A stretch of DNA of 64,000 nt, from positions 1 to 64,000 of the forward strand of contig CBDCLE010000008.1 in assembly GCA_965218585.1 (NCBI GenBank), read 5' to 3'. Position numbers and translations under genes: made by a program. This stretch comes from Terriglobia bacterium. Lineage in GTDB: Bacteria > Acidobacteriota > Terriglobia > 20CM-2-55-15. The notes under the pieces were generated by a model. That model was not told where the DNA came from. It did not search any database and worked only from the letters and a program-made list of their open reading frames with translations. Of the stretch, positions 9,993-21,010 are shown in pieces; the first letter of the stretch is position 1; every line of letters starts with the position of its first letter.

Positions 9993-11676
9993 ATGAAAAC
10001 TAGCCTGAAAGTTACGATAGGCGCGCTTCTGGTCGCAGCCGTTGTCGGTGGTGTGTCGTTCACTCTGCTTGGAGAGAGCGATGAGGAGTACGAATTCTTT
10101 ACCTCCGACGTTGCGCGCGGCACGATTCAAAACACGGTCAGCGCGACGGGAACCGTCGAAGCCGTCGTTACCGTGCAGGTGGGCTCGCAAGTGTCGGGAC
10201 AGATACAGACCCTTTACGCAGACTTCAACTCCGTTGTCAGCGCTGGCCAATTGTTAGCCAAGATCGACCCTCGGAACTTCGAGGCCCAGCTGGAGAATTC
10301 TGAAGCCAGCCTGGTTTCGGCCCAGGCACGTGTGCGGGACATCTGAAGCCGACCTGACCAATTCCCGGGCCAGCCTGGAGAGTTCGCTGGCGAATCTCGA
10401 GGCCTCGCGAATTGAATCGGAACGGGCCGAACTCCTTTACCAGAGGTCAGTGGAGCTCGCCGACACCGATCTGATTTCCCAGACCGATCTGGAAAACTCC
10501 CGGCAACAGCCGAAGCTGCGGTCGCTCGCTTGACCCAGGCCGACGCTGCGATAGCGCAGGCCGAAGCGCAGATAATTTCTCGCGAAGCGGGTTTGGAGCA
10601 GACGCGTGCGCAGGTCATTCAGGCTGAAGCAGACGTGAACCGCGCCGAGATCAATCTGGAGTACACCGACATCATGTCGCCAGTAGACGGCGTCGTGATT
10701 TCTCGCGAAGTCGATGTGGGACAAACCGTTGCTGCCAGCATGTCGGCGCCGACGCTTTTCATGATCGCCAACGACCTTGCCGAAATGCGGGTCAGTGCCA
10801 GTATCGATGAAGCAGACATCGGAAAACTGGCCCAGAGCAATCAGGTGGTTTTCACAGTTGATGCGTCCCGAACGAACCTTTCCGGGGTCGCATCGAAGAG
10901 ATCCGTCTGAACCCGCAGACCGTTCAAAACGTGGTGACCTATAACGTCATCGTTGGCGTTTCCAACCGGGACCTGAAATTGAAGCCGGCATGACAGCCAA
11001 CATTACGGTGACGGTCGATCGTCGCGACGACACTCTGGGTATTCCTAACGCAGCGTTGCGTTACAACCCTCCAGACGTCGATCCGGCTGAACTGCAACAG
11101 ACACGCGGCGGTGGTCGAGGCGGACGGGGTGATCCCGGTAGTGGTTTTGATATCGTCGCTAACCGAGTTCCTGAGCCAGCCCAAACCCCTTCTGAAGCAG
11201 TTCCCCAGCCGGAGGAGTTCACGAGCGGAGGCCAGGGACTCGGCGGCAATGGCGGCCGTGGTGGAGGTCGAGGCGATCGCGGAGGCGTCCTTGGATTCCC
11301 GGAAGGTGGCTTTGGTGGCGGGCAGGGGGGCGGCTTTCCCGGTGGCTTTCCGGCAGGGAGCCCTCGGACCGAGACAGCGGACACCACGGGTGCTGCGCCC
11401 GGTCAACTCTGGGATGCTGGCGAAAAGCTCCAGTTCCAGGAAGTCGCCCCCCCTCCTCCACGACCGGGACGCGTGTGGGTTCTTGGCGGGGAGGGCGTTC
11501 CGGAAATGCGTGACGTCGTGCTGGGCATAACCGATGGATCCCGAACGGAAATTGTCGCGGGTGAACTTGCCGAAGGGGATGCGCTGATCATCGGTGATTC
11601 ATCTCAAGGGGCGGATCCGGGTGATGGATCCCAGTTCGGTGGCAGAGGCTTCGGCGGTGGTTTCCGAATTCGGTAA
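9993..11676 (+). CDS. MacA-like periplasmic adaptor subunit with long Gly/Pro-rich C-terminal insert; about 4 frameshifts
   Basis: VQVGSQVSG, SPVDGVVISR.VDVGQTVAAS, IDEADIG and (LKPG)MTAN motifs in successive frames; upstream of ABC ATPase and permease. Confidence 0.8.
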
Positions 11677-11692
11677 GAGGGATTTCGTTTAG

Positions 11693-12499
11693 ATGTCGGT
11701 TTCAGAAACGGTTATGGCAAAGGATTCCTTCGACCCAAATCAAGGCGTCGATGCGGTTATCCGATTGGACCATGTCCACAAGGTTTACTACATGGGCGAC
11801 ATCGAGGTCCATGCCCTGCGTGGCGTGTCTCTGAACGTCGAACGCGGGGAGTTCGTCGCCATCATGGGACCGTCGGGCTCGGGGAAATCCACGATGATGA
11901 ACATCATCGGGTGTCTGGATCACGCGACGCGAGGTTCCTACATGATCGACGGCGTGGACGTCGCCGAAGTTTCCAAAGCTAATCTGGCGGACATCCGGAA
12001 CCAGAGTGTCGGTTTCGTTTTCCAAAGTTTCAACCTGGTGTCCAGAACCTCAGCGCTGGAGAACGTCGAATTACCGCTGATCTATGCGGGCGTATCCAGC
12101 AGTGAACGGACAGAGCGTGCCAGGGAGGCTTTAGCCATCGTCGGTCTGTCGGACCAGGAAAAGAATCTACCCAACCAACTTTCGGGGGGGCAGCAACAGC
12201 GCGTGGCTATCGCACGCGCGCTGGTAAATAATCCCGCGATCATCCTGGCCGATGAGCCCACCGGTGCTCTGGACACGCGGACGTCAATCGAGTTGATGGA
12301 TGTGTTTCAGAAGCTGAATGATGAACGCGACATGACGATCATCATCGTGACGCACGAAGCCGAGATCGCCGATTATTCGAAACGCGTGATCCTGTTCCAA
12401 GACGGCCGAATCCGTAAGGATTATCCCGTAGAGAACCGCCGCAGTGCCCATGAGGCTCTCGAGCAGTTGCCGGATGACGACGAAGAGGAGATGGACTGA
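11693..12499 (+). CDS. ABC transporter ATP-binding protein (MacB/LolD family)
   Basis: [26 protein letters not shown]. Confidence 0.95.
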   Translation: MSVSETVMAKDSFDPNQGVDAVIRLDHVHKVYYMGDIEVHALRGVSLNVERGEFVAIMGPSGSGKSTMMNIIGCLDHATRGSYMIDGVDVAEVSKANLADIRNQSVGFVFQSFNLVSRTSALENVELPLIYAGVSSSERTERAREALAIVGLSDQEKNLPNQLSGGQQQRVAIARALVNNPAIILADEPTGALDTRTSIELMDVFQKLNDERDMTIIIVTHEAEIADYSKRVILFQDGRIRKDYPVENRRSAHEALEQLPDDDEEEMD

Positions 12500-13722
12500 T
12501 GCGATCGATGGCGATACTTCGAATTGCTTTCTGGGCACTGGGACGAAACAAGATGCGTTCCGCCCTCACGATGCTGGGCATCATCATCGGCGTCGGTGCG
12601 GTCATCGCTATGGTTTCTGTCGGGCAGGGTGCTCAGGCCATGATCCAGGATCAGATGCAAAGCATGGGAACAAACGTCATGTATGTGTTTCCGAGTGGAC
12701 GTCGCGGGGTCGGAGGAGTCTCGAGTAACGACCGCGGAGGCGGACTCACTGCCGCGGACGTCAACGCCATTCTGGGAGAGATACCGATTGTTCAGGCGGC
12801 CACCCCGATCGTTAACGCAAACGGCCAATTGATTTTCGGAAATCGAAACTGGTTTGCCCGGGTGCAGGGTACGAACGAACAGTTTTCGGAGATCCGAGAT
12901 TGGGAGGTTGCCGATGGAGAGTTTTTCACTGAGGCCGACATCGTTTCCGCTTCCCGTGTCATCGTTATCGGGAAGTCCGTTGCGAACGCTCTTTTCGAAG
13001 GAGTCAGCCCGATCGGGCAGACAGTGCGACTGAGGAATCTTCCGTTTCGTGTGATCGGCGTGCTTGAAGAACGCGGTCAGACGGGTATGGGGCAGGATCA
13101 GGACGATACCGTTGTGATGCCCTACACGGCCGCCCAGAAAAAGCTCCTGGGTCAGTCGATCCCGCGGATCAACCAGGTCATGCTCCGGACTGTCAGTCAG
13201 AGTGCCACACCTGTTGCCGAGACCCTGGTTACCGAACTGCTCAGGCAGCGCCACGAGATAGGGCCGACCGAGGAAGACGATTTCAGAGTGGGCAACATGA
13301 CAGAAATCGCGGACGCGGCCGAACAGAGTACCTTGATCATGACGCTGCTGCTGGGAAGCATCGCTGCGATTTCCCTCCTTGTTGGGGGAATCGGGATTAT
13401 GAACATCATGCTGGTATCGGTGACTGAACGGACCCGCGAGATCGGCATACGAATGGCTGTCGGCTCACGTCCGGGATATATCCGGTTGCAGTTTCTGGCA
13501 GAGTCCATCATCCTCAGCATGGCCGGCGGATTCATCGGTGTTCTGCTGGGAAGCGCCCTGTCCTATTTCGTTGGTGAATTGCTCGGTTGGTCCACCCTCG
13601 TCTCTGCGACTTCAGTGTCCATCTCTTTCGGATTCGCGGCGGCTGTCGGTGTTTTCTTTGGGTATTATCCCGCGCATAAGGCCGCGGGTCTCGATCCGAT
13701 CGACGCCCTACGTTACGAATAG
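12499..13722 (+). CDS. MacB/FtsX-family ABC permease
   Basis: RSALTMLGIIIGV; GGIGIMNIMLVSVTERTREIGIRMAVG; DPIDALRYE. Confidence 0.95.
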   Translation: MRSMAILRIAFWALGRNKMRSALTMLGIIIGVGAVIAMVSVGQGAQAMIQDQMQSMGTNVMYVFPSGRRGVGGVSSNDRGGGLTAADVNAILGEIPIVQAATPIVNANGQLIFGNRNWFARVQGTNEQFSEIRDWEVADGEFFTEADIVSASRVIVIGKSVANALFEGVSPIGQTVRLRNLPFRVIGVLEERGQTGMGQDQDDTVVMPYTAAQKKLLGQSIPRINQVMLRTVSQSATPVAETLVTELLRQRHEIGPTEEDDFRVGNMTEIADAAEQSTLIMTLLLGSIAAISLLVGGIGIMNIMLVSVTERTREIGIRMAVGSRPGYIRLQFLAESIILSMAGGFIGVLLGSALSYFVGELLGWSTLVSATSVSISFGFAAAVGVFFGYYPAHKAAGLDPIDALRYE

Positions 13723-13734
13723 CAATCTTCTTCT

Positions 13735-13757
13735 GTAGGTGCGGTCTATGACCGCAC
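13735..13757 (+). repeat. GTAG-type REP
   Basis: GTAGGTGCGGTCTATGACCGCAC 12 bp after the permease stop. Confidence 0.9.
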
Positions 13758-13808
13758 AGACCTCGCTTCGCACGTCTCGGCCCCCTGCTTTGCGTTAAAC
13801 TTTTCCCA

Positions 13809-14459
13809 ATGTTCTCTGAGCCTCCCGTGACGCGTCTTGACCTCCGGCTCAATTTCTCAGCGATCCGGCTTCGTGTTCATCCGATGTTCTGGATCATTGT
13901 TTTTGCGCTGGGATGGAACCTGCCGCTCGTCGAACAGTTTCTCTGGCTGGGCGTCGTGTCTGTTTCTATTCTCGTTCACGAACTGGGCCATGTGTTCAGC
14001 TTTCTGTATTTCGGGTGGCGATCGCGCATTGTTCTTTTCAGCATGGGTGGATTGACGATTCCGGAGGGCAATGCTGCCGCTCTCCGAGGGTTGCCCCATG
14101 CTGTCGTTGCTTTTTCGGGTCCTGTGGCGGGACTTTGGCTTGCGTTGGCGGCGCACCTCACGATTCCGCTGATGGGGTCGACCTCGAGCGGTGTCGTCGG
14201 CGCGCTCTATGTTCATTTTGTCCAGATCAACGTGGTGTGGAGTCTGGTCAACTTGCTCCCGATCTGGCCCCTGGACGGCGGGCAGGTGGTGCGTTCTGTC
14301 CTCACCCATTTCAGAGGTGACCTTGGGTATTCCCTCGCCTCTGGCTTATCCCTGGTCACAGCGGCGATTATCGCTGTTGTTGCATGGCAGATGAACCGGC
14401 CTCTGGCTTCTCTGTTTGCAGTCTATTTTGCCCTCAAGCAATGGCAGGAGTCGGTCTGA
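13809..14459 (+). CDS. Site-2 protease (peptidase M50) family protein
   Basis: HELGH, GP, NLLPIWPLDGG. Confidence 0.9.
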   Translation: MFSEPPVTRLDLRLNFSAIRLRVHPMFWIIVFALGWNLPLVEQFLWLGVVSVSILVHELGHVFSFLYFGWRSRIVLFSMGGLTIPEGNAAALRGLPHAVVAFSGPVAGLWLALAAHLTIPLMGSTSSGVVGALYVHFVQINVVWSLVNLLPIWPLDGGQVVRSVLTHFRGDLGYSLASGLSLVTAAIIAVVAWQMNRPLASLFAVYFALKQWQESV

Positions 14460-14481
14460 ATCCGACAATACCGAGGAAATA

Positions 14482-15234
14482 ATGAAAGAAACTGTTACGC
14501 CAGGCGGAGGCGCATTCGCTGTTGATGACCGTCATTTCCTGGAAGGCCCTCACACAAGGAAGGGAGAATTCATGTTCGCCCTTCGCGTCCTCTGGGAGTT
14601 CGTCACTGGATTCCGAGCCCTGCACTTTGTGGGTCCCTGTGTCACCGTCTTCGGCAGTGCCAGATTCAAAGAAGGTCACCCCTATTATGAAACGGCGCGT
14701 GAGGTGGGTGCTGGGGTGAGCCAACTGGGTTTTACGGTGATGACGGGAGGTGGGCCCGGCATCATGGAGGCTGCGAATCGAGGCGCCTTCGAGGCCAAAG
14801 GTCGGTCGGTTGGCTGTGAGATCCGCTTACCGATGGAACAGAGTGGCAACCCGTACATGAACCGTTCGGTCAGCTTCAAGTATTTCTTCGTGCGAAAGGT
14901 CTTGTTGCTGAAGTACTCCTACGCCTTTGTGATCCTGCCGGGGGGGTTCGGTACGATGGACGAGTGCTTCGAAACGCTGACCTTGATTCAGACCGGGAAG
15001 ATTCTGGATTTTCCCGTAATCGTGATGGGTCAATCCTATTGGAGCCAGCTACGGGATATGCTCGACTCGATGGTCGAAGAGAGCACAATCAGCGCAACTG
15101 ATCTCGACCTTCTGTGTTTTACCGATTCCGTTGCCGATGCGATGACACACATTAAGAAACACGCATTGGGCAAATTCGGCCTGAGATCCCCGATCTCACC
15201 TATGAGAATCCTCGGGGAGAAGGCCTCACTGTGA
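14482..15234 (+). CDS. LOG family protein (TIGR00730, Rossmann fold)
   Basis: VTVFGSAR, TGGGPGIMEAANRGA, FFVRK, PGGFGTMDE. Confidence 0.9.
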   Translation: MKETVTPGGGAFAVDDRHFLEGPHTRKGEFMFALRVLWEFVTGFRALHFVGPCVTVFGSARFKEGHPYYETAREVGAGVSQLGFTVMTGGGPGIMEAANRGAFEAKGRSVGCEIRLPMEQSGNPYMNRSVSFKYFFVRKVLLLKYSYAFVILPGGFGTMDECFETLTLIQTGKILDFPVIVMGQSYWSQLRDMLDSMVEESTISATDLDLLCFTDSVADAMTHIKKHALGKFGLRSPISPMRILGEKASL

Positions 15235-17519
15235 GAACCAGGTTGATCCTCATGGCTCTGGCCATCGGTCTTCTTGAACCCACGGCGGCGCTGGGGCAGG
15301 GCGCAGGTCTCTTAAAACCGGGCAATATCGTGGCTGTTTCCGACGGAACGGTTCGCGAGTTTACTCCCGATGGGCAGGAACTCCAGAGCATCGCGATGTC
15401 TCATCCCGATCCCGGTCCCCAAGACGTTGCGAGAGATGTCATTGTTTATGGCAATGGTAGCATTGGAGTCTTTAACGGTACATTCCAGCCCTTTCTGACG
15501 ACGGCTGCACCTGACGCACAAGCTGACCGGTTACAACCCACCTGTTCCGGGTGGAGCACCGTCGATAGGCCTCACTATGGCGGGATTGGCCGATGGCAGG
15601 CATTCGTCTTCGTCACCGACATGGTGACACAGAACTCGGTGGAAGCCCGTCAATCGGGTATCCTCCGCTTCAACTCCGGAGACTTCTCGTGCGCAAGGTT
15701 TGCGGCAGGTTTCGAGTTTACCGATCTCGCCGTGGGTTGGGACGGATTGGTCTACGGGTTGTCGGTCAACAAAACCATCAAGGTGTACCACCCGAGCTCG
15801 CTGGATTTCATCAGGAACATCATCCCACCTCCAGGGGACTACCGACGCATTGCTGTAAATAGCGACGGAGTGCTGTTTCTGACAACGGGGAATGGTTCGA
15901 TCCAGCGGTTGAGTCCGGAAGGAGGACTAATCGGTGCTCCTGTCCCAAGTGGAGCCACGCTGATCGACATCGATCTTTCAGAGGCTGGCCGGATCGCCCT
16001 CGGATCACTGGAAGGCAGGGTTCTTCTGACTGACGAATCGCTCTCCTCGTTTACTTCGTTTGAAGGGGGACGGTATGTCGGCTGGGTGCCCCGGTACGAG
16101 AGAGATGAGATCGAGTTCCTCGTGGGGGTGAATCGAGGATTGAAAGTCCTTACCCAGGGCGATCTGGGAACGGGAGGCTACGCCGTCGTGGAACCGCAGT
16201 CTGCCTTCCATGTTGCACCGTCGGGATTGTCCTTCCTCGGTTTCAGCCAGAATGGAGCCGTGGTTTCTGAGGCGAGCATTGTCGCGTCCGAGCCCATCAC
16301 GTCCGGACGGACCTACGTGGAAGTCGACGGTTTGGCGGTTCGGACAGGGCTTGCTGTAGCGAATCCCGGCGTCGGACCCGCGTCAGTTCAGTTTACGTTC
16401 ACCGATTCAGCGGGCAATGTCATGGGCGAGACGGTGCTGGATCTCGCAGAGGGCGAACAGAGTGCGGCCTTTGTTGGCGAAGCTCCGTTCTCGGTCAGTG
16501 ACAGGTGGATCGGAGCCGTGTCGTTTACTTCCTCTGCACCGGTTCTCGTCCTCGTGGTTCGGGACGTGACCAATGAACAAACGGAACACTTGATGACGAC
16601 TCTTCCGGTGCATTCGATCGCGGGTCCGCCGAGTCCGTTGGCGCCGTCTGAAACCACTTCGACGATACCGCACTTTGCGGATGGTACGGGTTGGAGTACA
16701 GACGTTGTCCTCGTGAACCCAACGGACCAGTCCATTGAAGGAATACTTCAATTCTTGCCGCAAACCGGCGGCAGTCCGATCGAAATGGTTGTCGATGGAT
16801 TACCGAACACTGAGTTTGCGTATTCGATACCGGCCGGGTCAGCTACCCGTGTCGGGACGGATGGCGCTTCTGCGGGTGTGGTGGTCGGATCCGTTCGTCT
16901 GGATGCGTCGTCTGGAAGCAGTGTGCCCGAGGGTTTTGTACTGTTGCGCTTCGTTTCGCGTGGTACGCGTCTTTTAGAGTCGAGTCTTGAAGGTTCAAGG
17001 GAGGCATCCAGATTTCGTCTCTATGGAGAGCTTTCGGGCGATTCCGGCAGTGTTGGCAGTATACGTTCCGGTGTGGCCGTGTCGAATCTGTCTTCCACGC
17101 CGGCCAGCGTGACGGTCGAACTCTTTACGCTCGATGGCACAACGATTGAAGAAACAGGAGCACTGACTGTGCCGGGTCTGGGACAGGTGGCTGTATTTCT
17201 GGACCAGATTCCGGGTTTGGAGAACCTGGCCACTCCTTTCACGGGAACCGTCCGTCTGGACGGAGGAGCCAGTCGTCTTGTCGTTGCAAGCTTCCGGGGC
17301 CGGATCAATACGCGGTCAGATTTTCTGATTGCTTCGACACCAGTCTTGCGTGAAGACACGCGGCCCCAGAGGGTGGAGGTCTTCTTTCCGCACCGTGGTG
17401 CGGGGGGTTCCTATACTGCAGAGTTCGTCCTCTTCTCAGGTCTTTCGGGCCAGGCGAGTACAGGCTCTCTCCGTTTCCTTTCACCTGTTGGATCGCCGGT
17501 TGCTCTGACTGTCCGGTGA
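15231..17519 (+). CDS. Large secreted protein: N-terminal beta-propeller plus duplicated C-terminal beta-sandwich modules
   Basis: Signal peptide; internal repeat TGLAVANP..PHFADG / SGVAVSNL..FPHRGAGG; GTGA overlap with upstream gene. Confidence 0.7.
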   Translation: MRTRLILMALAIGLLEPTAALGQGAGLLKPGNIVAVSDGTVREFTPDGQELQSIAMSHPDPGPQDVARDVIVYGNGSIGVFNGTFQPFLTTAAPDAQADRLQPTCSGWSTVDRPHYGGIGRWQAFVFVTDMVTQNSVEARQSGILRFNSGDFSCARFAAGFEFTDLAVGWDGLVYGLSVNKTIKVYHPSSLDFIRNIIPPPGDYRRIAVNSDGVLFLTTGNGSIQRLSPEGGLIGAPVPSGATLIDIDLSEAGRIALGSLEGRVLLTDESLSSFTSFEGGRYVGWVPRYERDEIEFLVGVNRGLKVLTQGDLGTGGYAVVEPQSAFHVAPSGLSFLGFSQNGAVVSEASIVASEPITSGRTYVEVDGLAVRTGLAVANPGVGPASVQFTFTDSAGNVMGETVLDLAEGEQSAAFVGEAPFSVSDRWIGAVSFTSSAPVLVLVVRDVTNEQTEHLMTTLPVHSIAGPPSPLAPSETTSTIPHFADGTGWSTDVVLVNPTDQSIEGILQFLPQTGGSPIEMVVDGLPNTEFAYSIPAGSATRVGTDGASAGVVVGSVRLDASSGSSVPEGFVLLRFVSRGTRLLESSLEGSREASRFRLYGELSGDSGSVGSIRSGVAVSNLSSTPASVTVELFTLDGTTIEETGALTVPGLGQVAVFLDQIPGLENLATPFTGTVRLDGGASRLVVASFRGRINTRSDFLIASTPVLREDTRPQRVEVFFPHRGAGGSYTAEFVLFSGLSGQASTGSLRFLSPVGSPVALTVR

Positions 17520-17556
17520 CAGAGGTAGCCCCCAACACGCGTGTTAGAATCCGTCC

Positions 17557-18144
17557 ATGCCGAAGCCGCGTCTGGTCCTGGCGTCGGAGTCACCACGTCG
17601 CCGGGAGTTGTTGGGTTTGCTGGGCCTTCCTTTCGAAATCGTTTCTTCGAACGTAGAGGAAACGCCGCTTGCAGGTGAATCCGACATGGATTTTGTCCGA
17701 CGGGCCGCACGCGAGAAGGGTGAACACGTGGCAGGCAGAAATCCGGATGCCGTGGTCCTCTCGGCGGACACGATTGTGTCGCTGGACGGAGAGATTCTGG
17801 GCAAACCCAGCGACACCGATCAGGCCGCCCGAATGCTTGGCATGCTTTCCGGGCGCCAGCATGCCGTCTATACGGCCGTTTCGACAATTCATATGGCGAC
17901 CCGAACGCGATACGAAGGGATCGAAGAGACCCGAGTCTGGTTTAATGACTTGGACCCAGAGATGATTGACACATATATTCTTCGCGAAGAAGTTCTGGAC
18001 AAAGCCGGCGCATACGGCATTCAGGGATTTGCATCCGTGTTTATTCCCAAGATCGAAGGCAATTACCCGAACGTCATGGGACTGCCCTTGCCATTGACCT
18101 ACGATTTACTTTCTCGCCACGGACTATGCCCCACATCATCGTAG
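17557..18144 (+). CDS. maf: Maf family nucleoside triphosphate pyrophosphatase
   Basis: [36 protein letters not shown]. Confidence 0.95.
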   Translation: MPKPRLVLASESPRRRELLGLLGLPFEIVSSNVEETPLAGESDMDFVRRAAREKGEHVAGRNPDAVVLSADTIVSLDGEILGKPSDTDQAARMLGMLSGRQHAVYTAVSTIHMATRTRYEGIEETRVWFNDLDPEMIDTYILREEVLDKAGAYGIQGFASVFIPKIEGNYPNVMGLPLPLTYDLLSRHGLCPTSS

Positions 18145-20030
18145 GCACTGCCGGCCACATCGACCACGGTAAGACCGCCCTGGTCAAATCCCTCACGGGT
18201 ATTGATGCCGACCGTCTCAAGGAAGAGAAAGAGCGTGGCATCACCATCGACCTTGGTTTTGCAAACCTGGAGTTGGATGAGAACACGCGAATCGGTTTCG
18301 TCGATGTTCCAGGACATGAAAAGTTCGTCAAGAACATGCTGGCCGGTGTGGGTGGCATCGACGTCGTGATGCTCGTTGTGGCTGCGGACGAATCCATCAT
18401 GCCACAGACACGTGAGCACCTGGAGATCTGTTCGTTGCTCCACGTGCCGTATGGTCTGACAGTCATCACAAAGGTCGACACGGTTGATAAGGAAATCACC
18501 GATCTCGTCGAACTGGAAGTCCGCGAATATCTGAAGCCGACTTTTCTGGGTGGCTCGCCCATAATCCGTATGAGCGCGCCTACCGGAGAAGGAAAAAGTG
18601 AACTGATTTCAGCTTTGAGAGACGTTGCAGCCCAGGTTCCGCCCAAAGACACATCACAGATCTTTCGGCTTCCGGTGGACCGTTGTTTCACGATGAAGGG
18701 GTTTGGAACGGTTGTGACAGGAACGCTGATCTCGGGCTCGGTCCGGAAGGAAAGTGACGTTCAGCTGTTACCGTCCGGTAGCATCGCACGTGTCCGGGGG
18801 CTGCAGGTTCATAGTCGCGCAGTGGATGTAGCAGAGGCCGGACAGAGAACAGCGATCAATCTTCAGGGTGTGGACGTTCGGGACGTGAACCGGGGAATGG
18901 TCTTGACCGAACCGGACACTCTCGGTGCCGCATCGATGTTTGATTGTCACCTGGAGTTGCTGCCATCCGCCTCGGGAGCAATCAAGGGCAGGAAACGTAT
19001 CCGGTTTCATGTAGGAACCTCCGAGATCATGGGCTACGTCGCGCTTCTGGGGAGCGATCGCCTTGAACCGGGGAGCGAGGGGCTGGTGCAGATACGGTTG
19101 GAAGAGCCCGTTGTTGCGCTACCCGGAGACCGCTTTATCATCCGGCAGTATTCCCCGATGGTTACTATCGGAGGCGGTGTAGTCCTGGAAACCGATCCGA
19201 AGAAGCACAGGTTGAGGGACCGACGTGTGACCGAACGGCTGACGATCTTCAAGGACGGGACGCTCGAAGACCGACTGATGGTTCTTATCGGAGAAGCGGG
19301 TCTGGGGGCCGCCACCGTTTCGGATCTTGTGAGGCAAGTCGGGGTTTCCGCTGCGACACTGTCCCAACACCTGGATCGACTTGAGGTCGACGGAGGGATT
19401 CGCTTTCTTTCCGATGCACCACCCACAGTTGTGTCCGGTGCGACGTTTCAGAAGGCGTCTTCTGAAGTACTCTCATACGTTCAGAGTTTTCACCAGACCC
19501 AGCCTCTGTCCAGAGGCGTCTCCCGGGAAGAACTCAGAAATCGTCTCTTCCGACGAAGTTCCAACCTCGTTTTTCAGACGGTGTTGGACGATCTCGAACG
19601 GGGAGAGAAGATTACACTCGCCCAGGAAATCGTCCACGCATTTGGGCGTGTAGTGACTCTGGATGCCGAGGAGGCTCAGATTCGGGAAAGCCTGGCCGAG
19701 GTATTTCGAAAGAATGGTCTGCAGGTTGCGTCACCGGAGGAAGTTATCGGCAAGCTCGGCCTGGAGAGTGAGAAGGCGCGGAAGATCCTTCAGTTGATGA
19801 TCCAGGACCGGACGTTAGCCAAGGTCAACGAAGAACTCGTCGTCGATCGTGGCGTTATCGATGAGGTCATAGAGAAACTTCACTCGCGCAAGACCTCTGA
19901 CTCCAGCCTCGCTGTCGGAGACTTCAAAGACCTTGTAGGGGTCTCCCGCAAATACGCGATTCCGCTCCTCGAGTATTTAGACCGTGAACGTGTTACCCGA
20001 CGCGTTGGAGACACCCGAAAAATTCTTTAG
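18126..20030 (+). CDS. selB: Selenocysteine-specific translation elongation factor
   Basis: [27 protein letters not shown]; C-terminal winged helix [13 protein letters not shown]; 634 aa. Confidence 0.95.
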   Translation: MPHIIVGTAGHIDHGKTALVKSLTGIDADRLKEEKERGITIDLGFANLELDENTRIGFVDVPGHEKFVKNMLAGVGGIDVVMLVVAADESIMPQTREHLEICSLLHVPYGLTVITKVDTVDKEITDLVELEVREYLKPTFLGGSPIIRMSAPTGEGKSELISALRDVAAQVPPKDTSQIFRLPVDRCFTMKGFGTVVTGTLISGSVRKESDVQLLPSGSIARVRGLQVHSRAVDVAEAGQRTAINLQGVDVRDVNRGMVLTEPDTLGAASMFDCHLELLPSASGAIKGRKRIRFHVGTSEIMGYVALLGSDRLEPGSEGLVQIRLEEPVVALPGDRFIIRQYSPMVTIGGGVVLETDPKKHRLRDRRVTERLTIFKDGTLEDRLMVLIGEAGLGAATVSDLVRQVGVSAATLSQHLDRLEVDGGIRFLSDAPPTVVSGATFQKASSEVLSYVQSFHQTQPLSRGVSREELRNRLFRRSSNLVFQTVLDDLERGEKITLAQEIVHAFGRVVTLDAEEAQIRESLAEVFRKNGLQVASPEEVIGKLGLESEKARKILQLMIQDRTLAKVNEELVVDRGVIDEVIEKLHSRKTSDSSLAVGDFKDLVGVSRKYAIPLLEYLDRERVTRRVGDTRKIL

Positions 20031-20213
20031 TTTTCAACACGGAGTTCACGAAGATGAACGAAGGCCTTTTGACGCGGCGCGAAACATTTCAAATGTCTGA
20101 GGCGTCAGTCAGATCGTTGGACCGCGATTCCCAACCTTTCACTTCTGCAGACGAGAATGGGCGGCCAGAACAGCCGCCCCATATCGATAGAAAGCTGAAG
20201 AACTGTTACTTCT

Positions 20214-20384
20214 TTACGTCTCTTTCGAGGGGGTTTCTTCGGAGTCGTCTCCCTTTATGGACTTCTTAAAGTTCTTGATACCCTCGCCAACACCCTTTCC
20301 CATTTCGGGCAGGCGTTTCGCGCCGAACAAGAAGAAGATGATGATCAAAAGAATCACCAGTTCGGGTAAACCCAATCTAAACAT
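20214..20384 (-). CDS. tatA: Twin-arginine translocase subunit TatA/E (56 aa, absent from the ORF track)
   Basis: MFRLGLPELVILLIIIFFLFGAKRLPEMGKGVGEGIKNFKKS; GGAGG RBS upstream. Confidence 0.93.
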   Translation of the reverse strand: MFRLGLPELVILLIIIFFLFGAKRLPEMGKGVGEGIKNFKKSIKGDDSEETPSKET

Positions 20385-20476
20385 GGAGTTCCTCCAGTCC
20401 TATCCTTCAGGCTCTCCAGACCTTGGGGCAGCATGAATGGACAAGTTAAGTACAGAAAAAGTATATCGGAAAGGGT

Positions 20477-20977
20477 TCAGTTCGTCCAAATGTAATCCCA
20501 CAGATAGAGCTCCCGCTCGCTCATCGGAGAGTCCGGTATCACGATGTGATATTGGTCTTCGAACTCGGTGACCAGAAGGGCATAGACCTGGCCATCCGGT
20601 TCTCTGTAAACGAGGTAGTGATAGCTGCGTTCGCTGCCTTCCCGACGCCTCTGATCCAGGATCCGGCCGCGTTCGAAGGGTTTTCGAAGCAACTGATCGA
20701 TTTCGTCTTCTGTCGGCACTCGCAAGTCGTCTGTGTCACGACCCACACGGACGAGGATGTTGCCAGCGAGCACTTCCCGATCGGTGGCTTCCATTGCGTT
20801 CATAAAGATGTCCGCCGCCATCAAGGGAGGGCTGTACACGTAGTAGTAATAGAATCCCAGTGCCGTAGATCCTGCGACAAGCACTCCCACAAAACACAGG
20901 ACCGACAGGCGAATCGGCAGTCTTAACGATCGTGGTGCCGGCTGCTGAACGTCTGTCTGTGAATTGTCTGTATCCAT
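20477..20977 (-). CDS. Hypothetical membrane-anchored protein
   Basis: One N-terminal TM helix followed by a soluble domain; co-oriented with neighbours. Confidence 0.65.
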   Translation of the reverse strand: MDTDNSQTDVQQPAPRSLRLPIRLSVLCFVGVLVAGSTALGFYYYYVYSPPLMAADIFMNAMEATDREVLAGNILVRVGRDTDDLRVPTEDEIDQLLRKPFERGRILDQRRREGSERSYHYLVYREPDGQVYALLVTEFEDQYHIVIPDSPMSERELYLWDYIWTN

Positions 20978-21010
20978 ATTCGCTGAGTACGAGGGCTCGA
21001 GGCGGATGTC

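Noticed and set aside
10344-10346. TGA in the MacA-like gene as possible selenocysteine
   Set aside because: Homology continues in another frame after an extra G; this is a frameshift, not a Cys-equivalent position.
20031-20213. Possible tRNA-Sec after selB
   Set aside because: No T-loop motif, UCA anticodon arm or acceptor stem recognisable.
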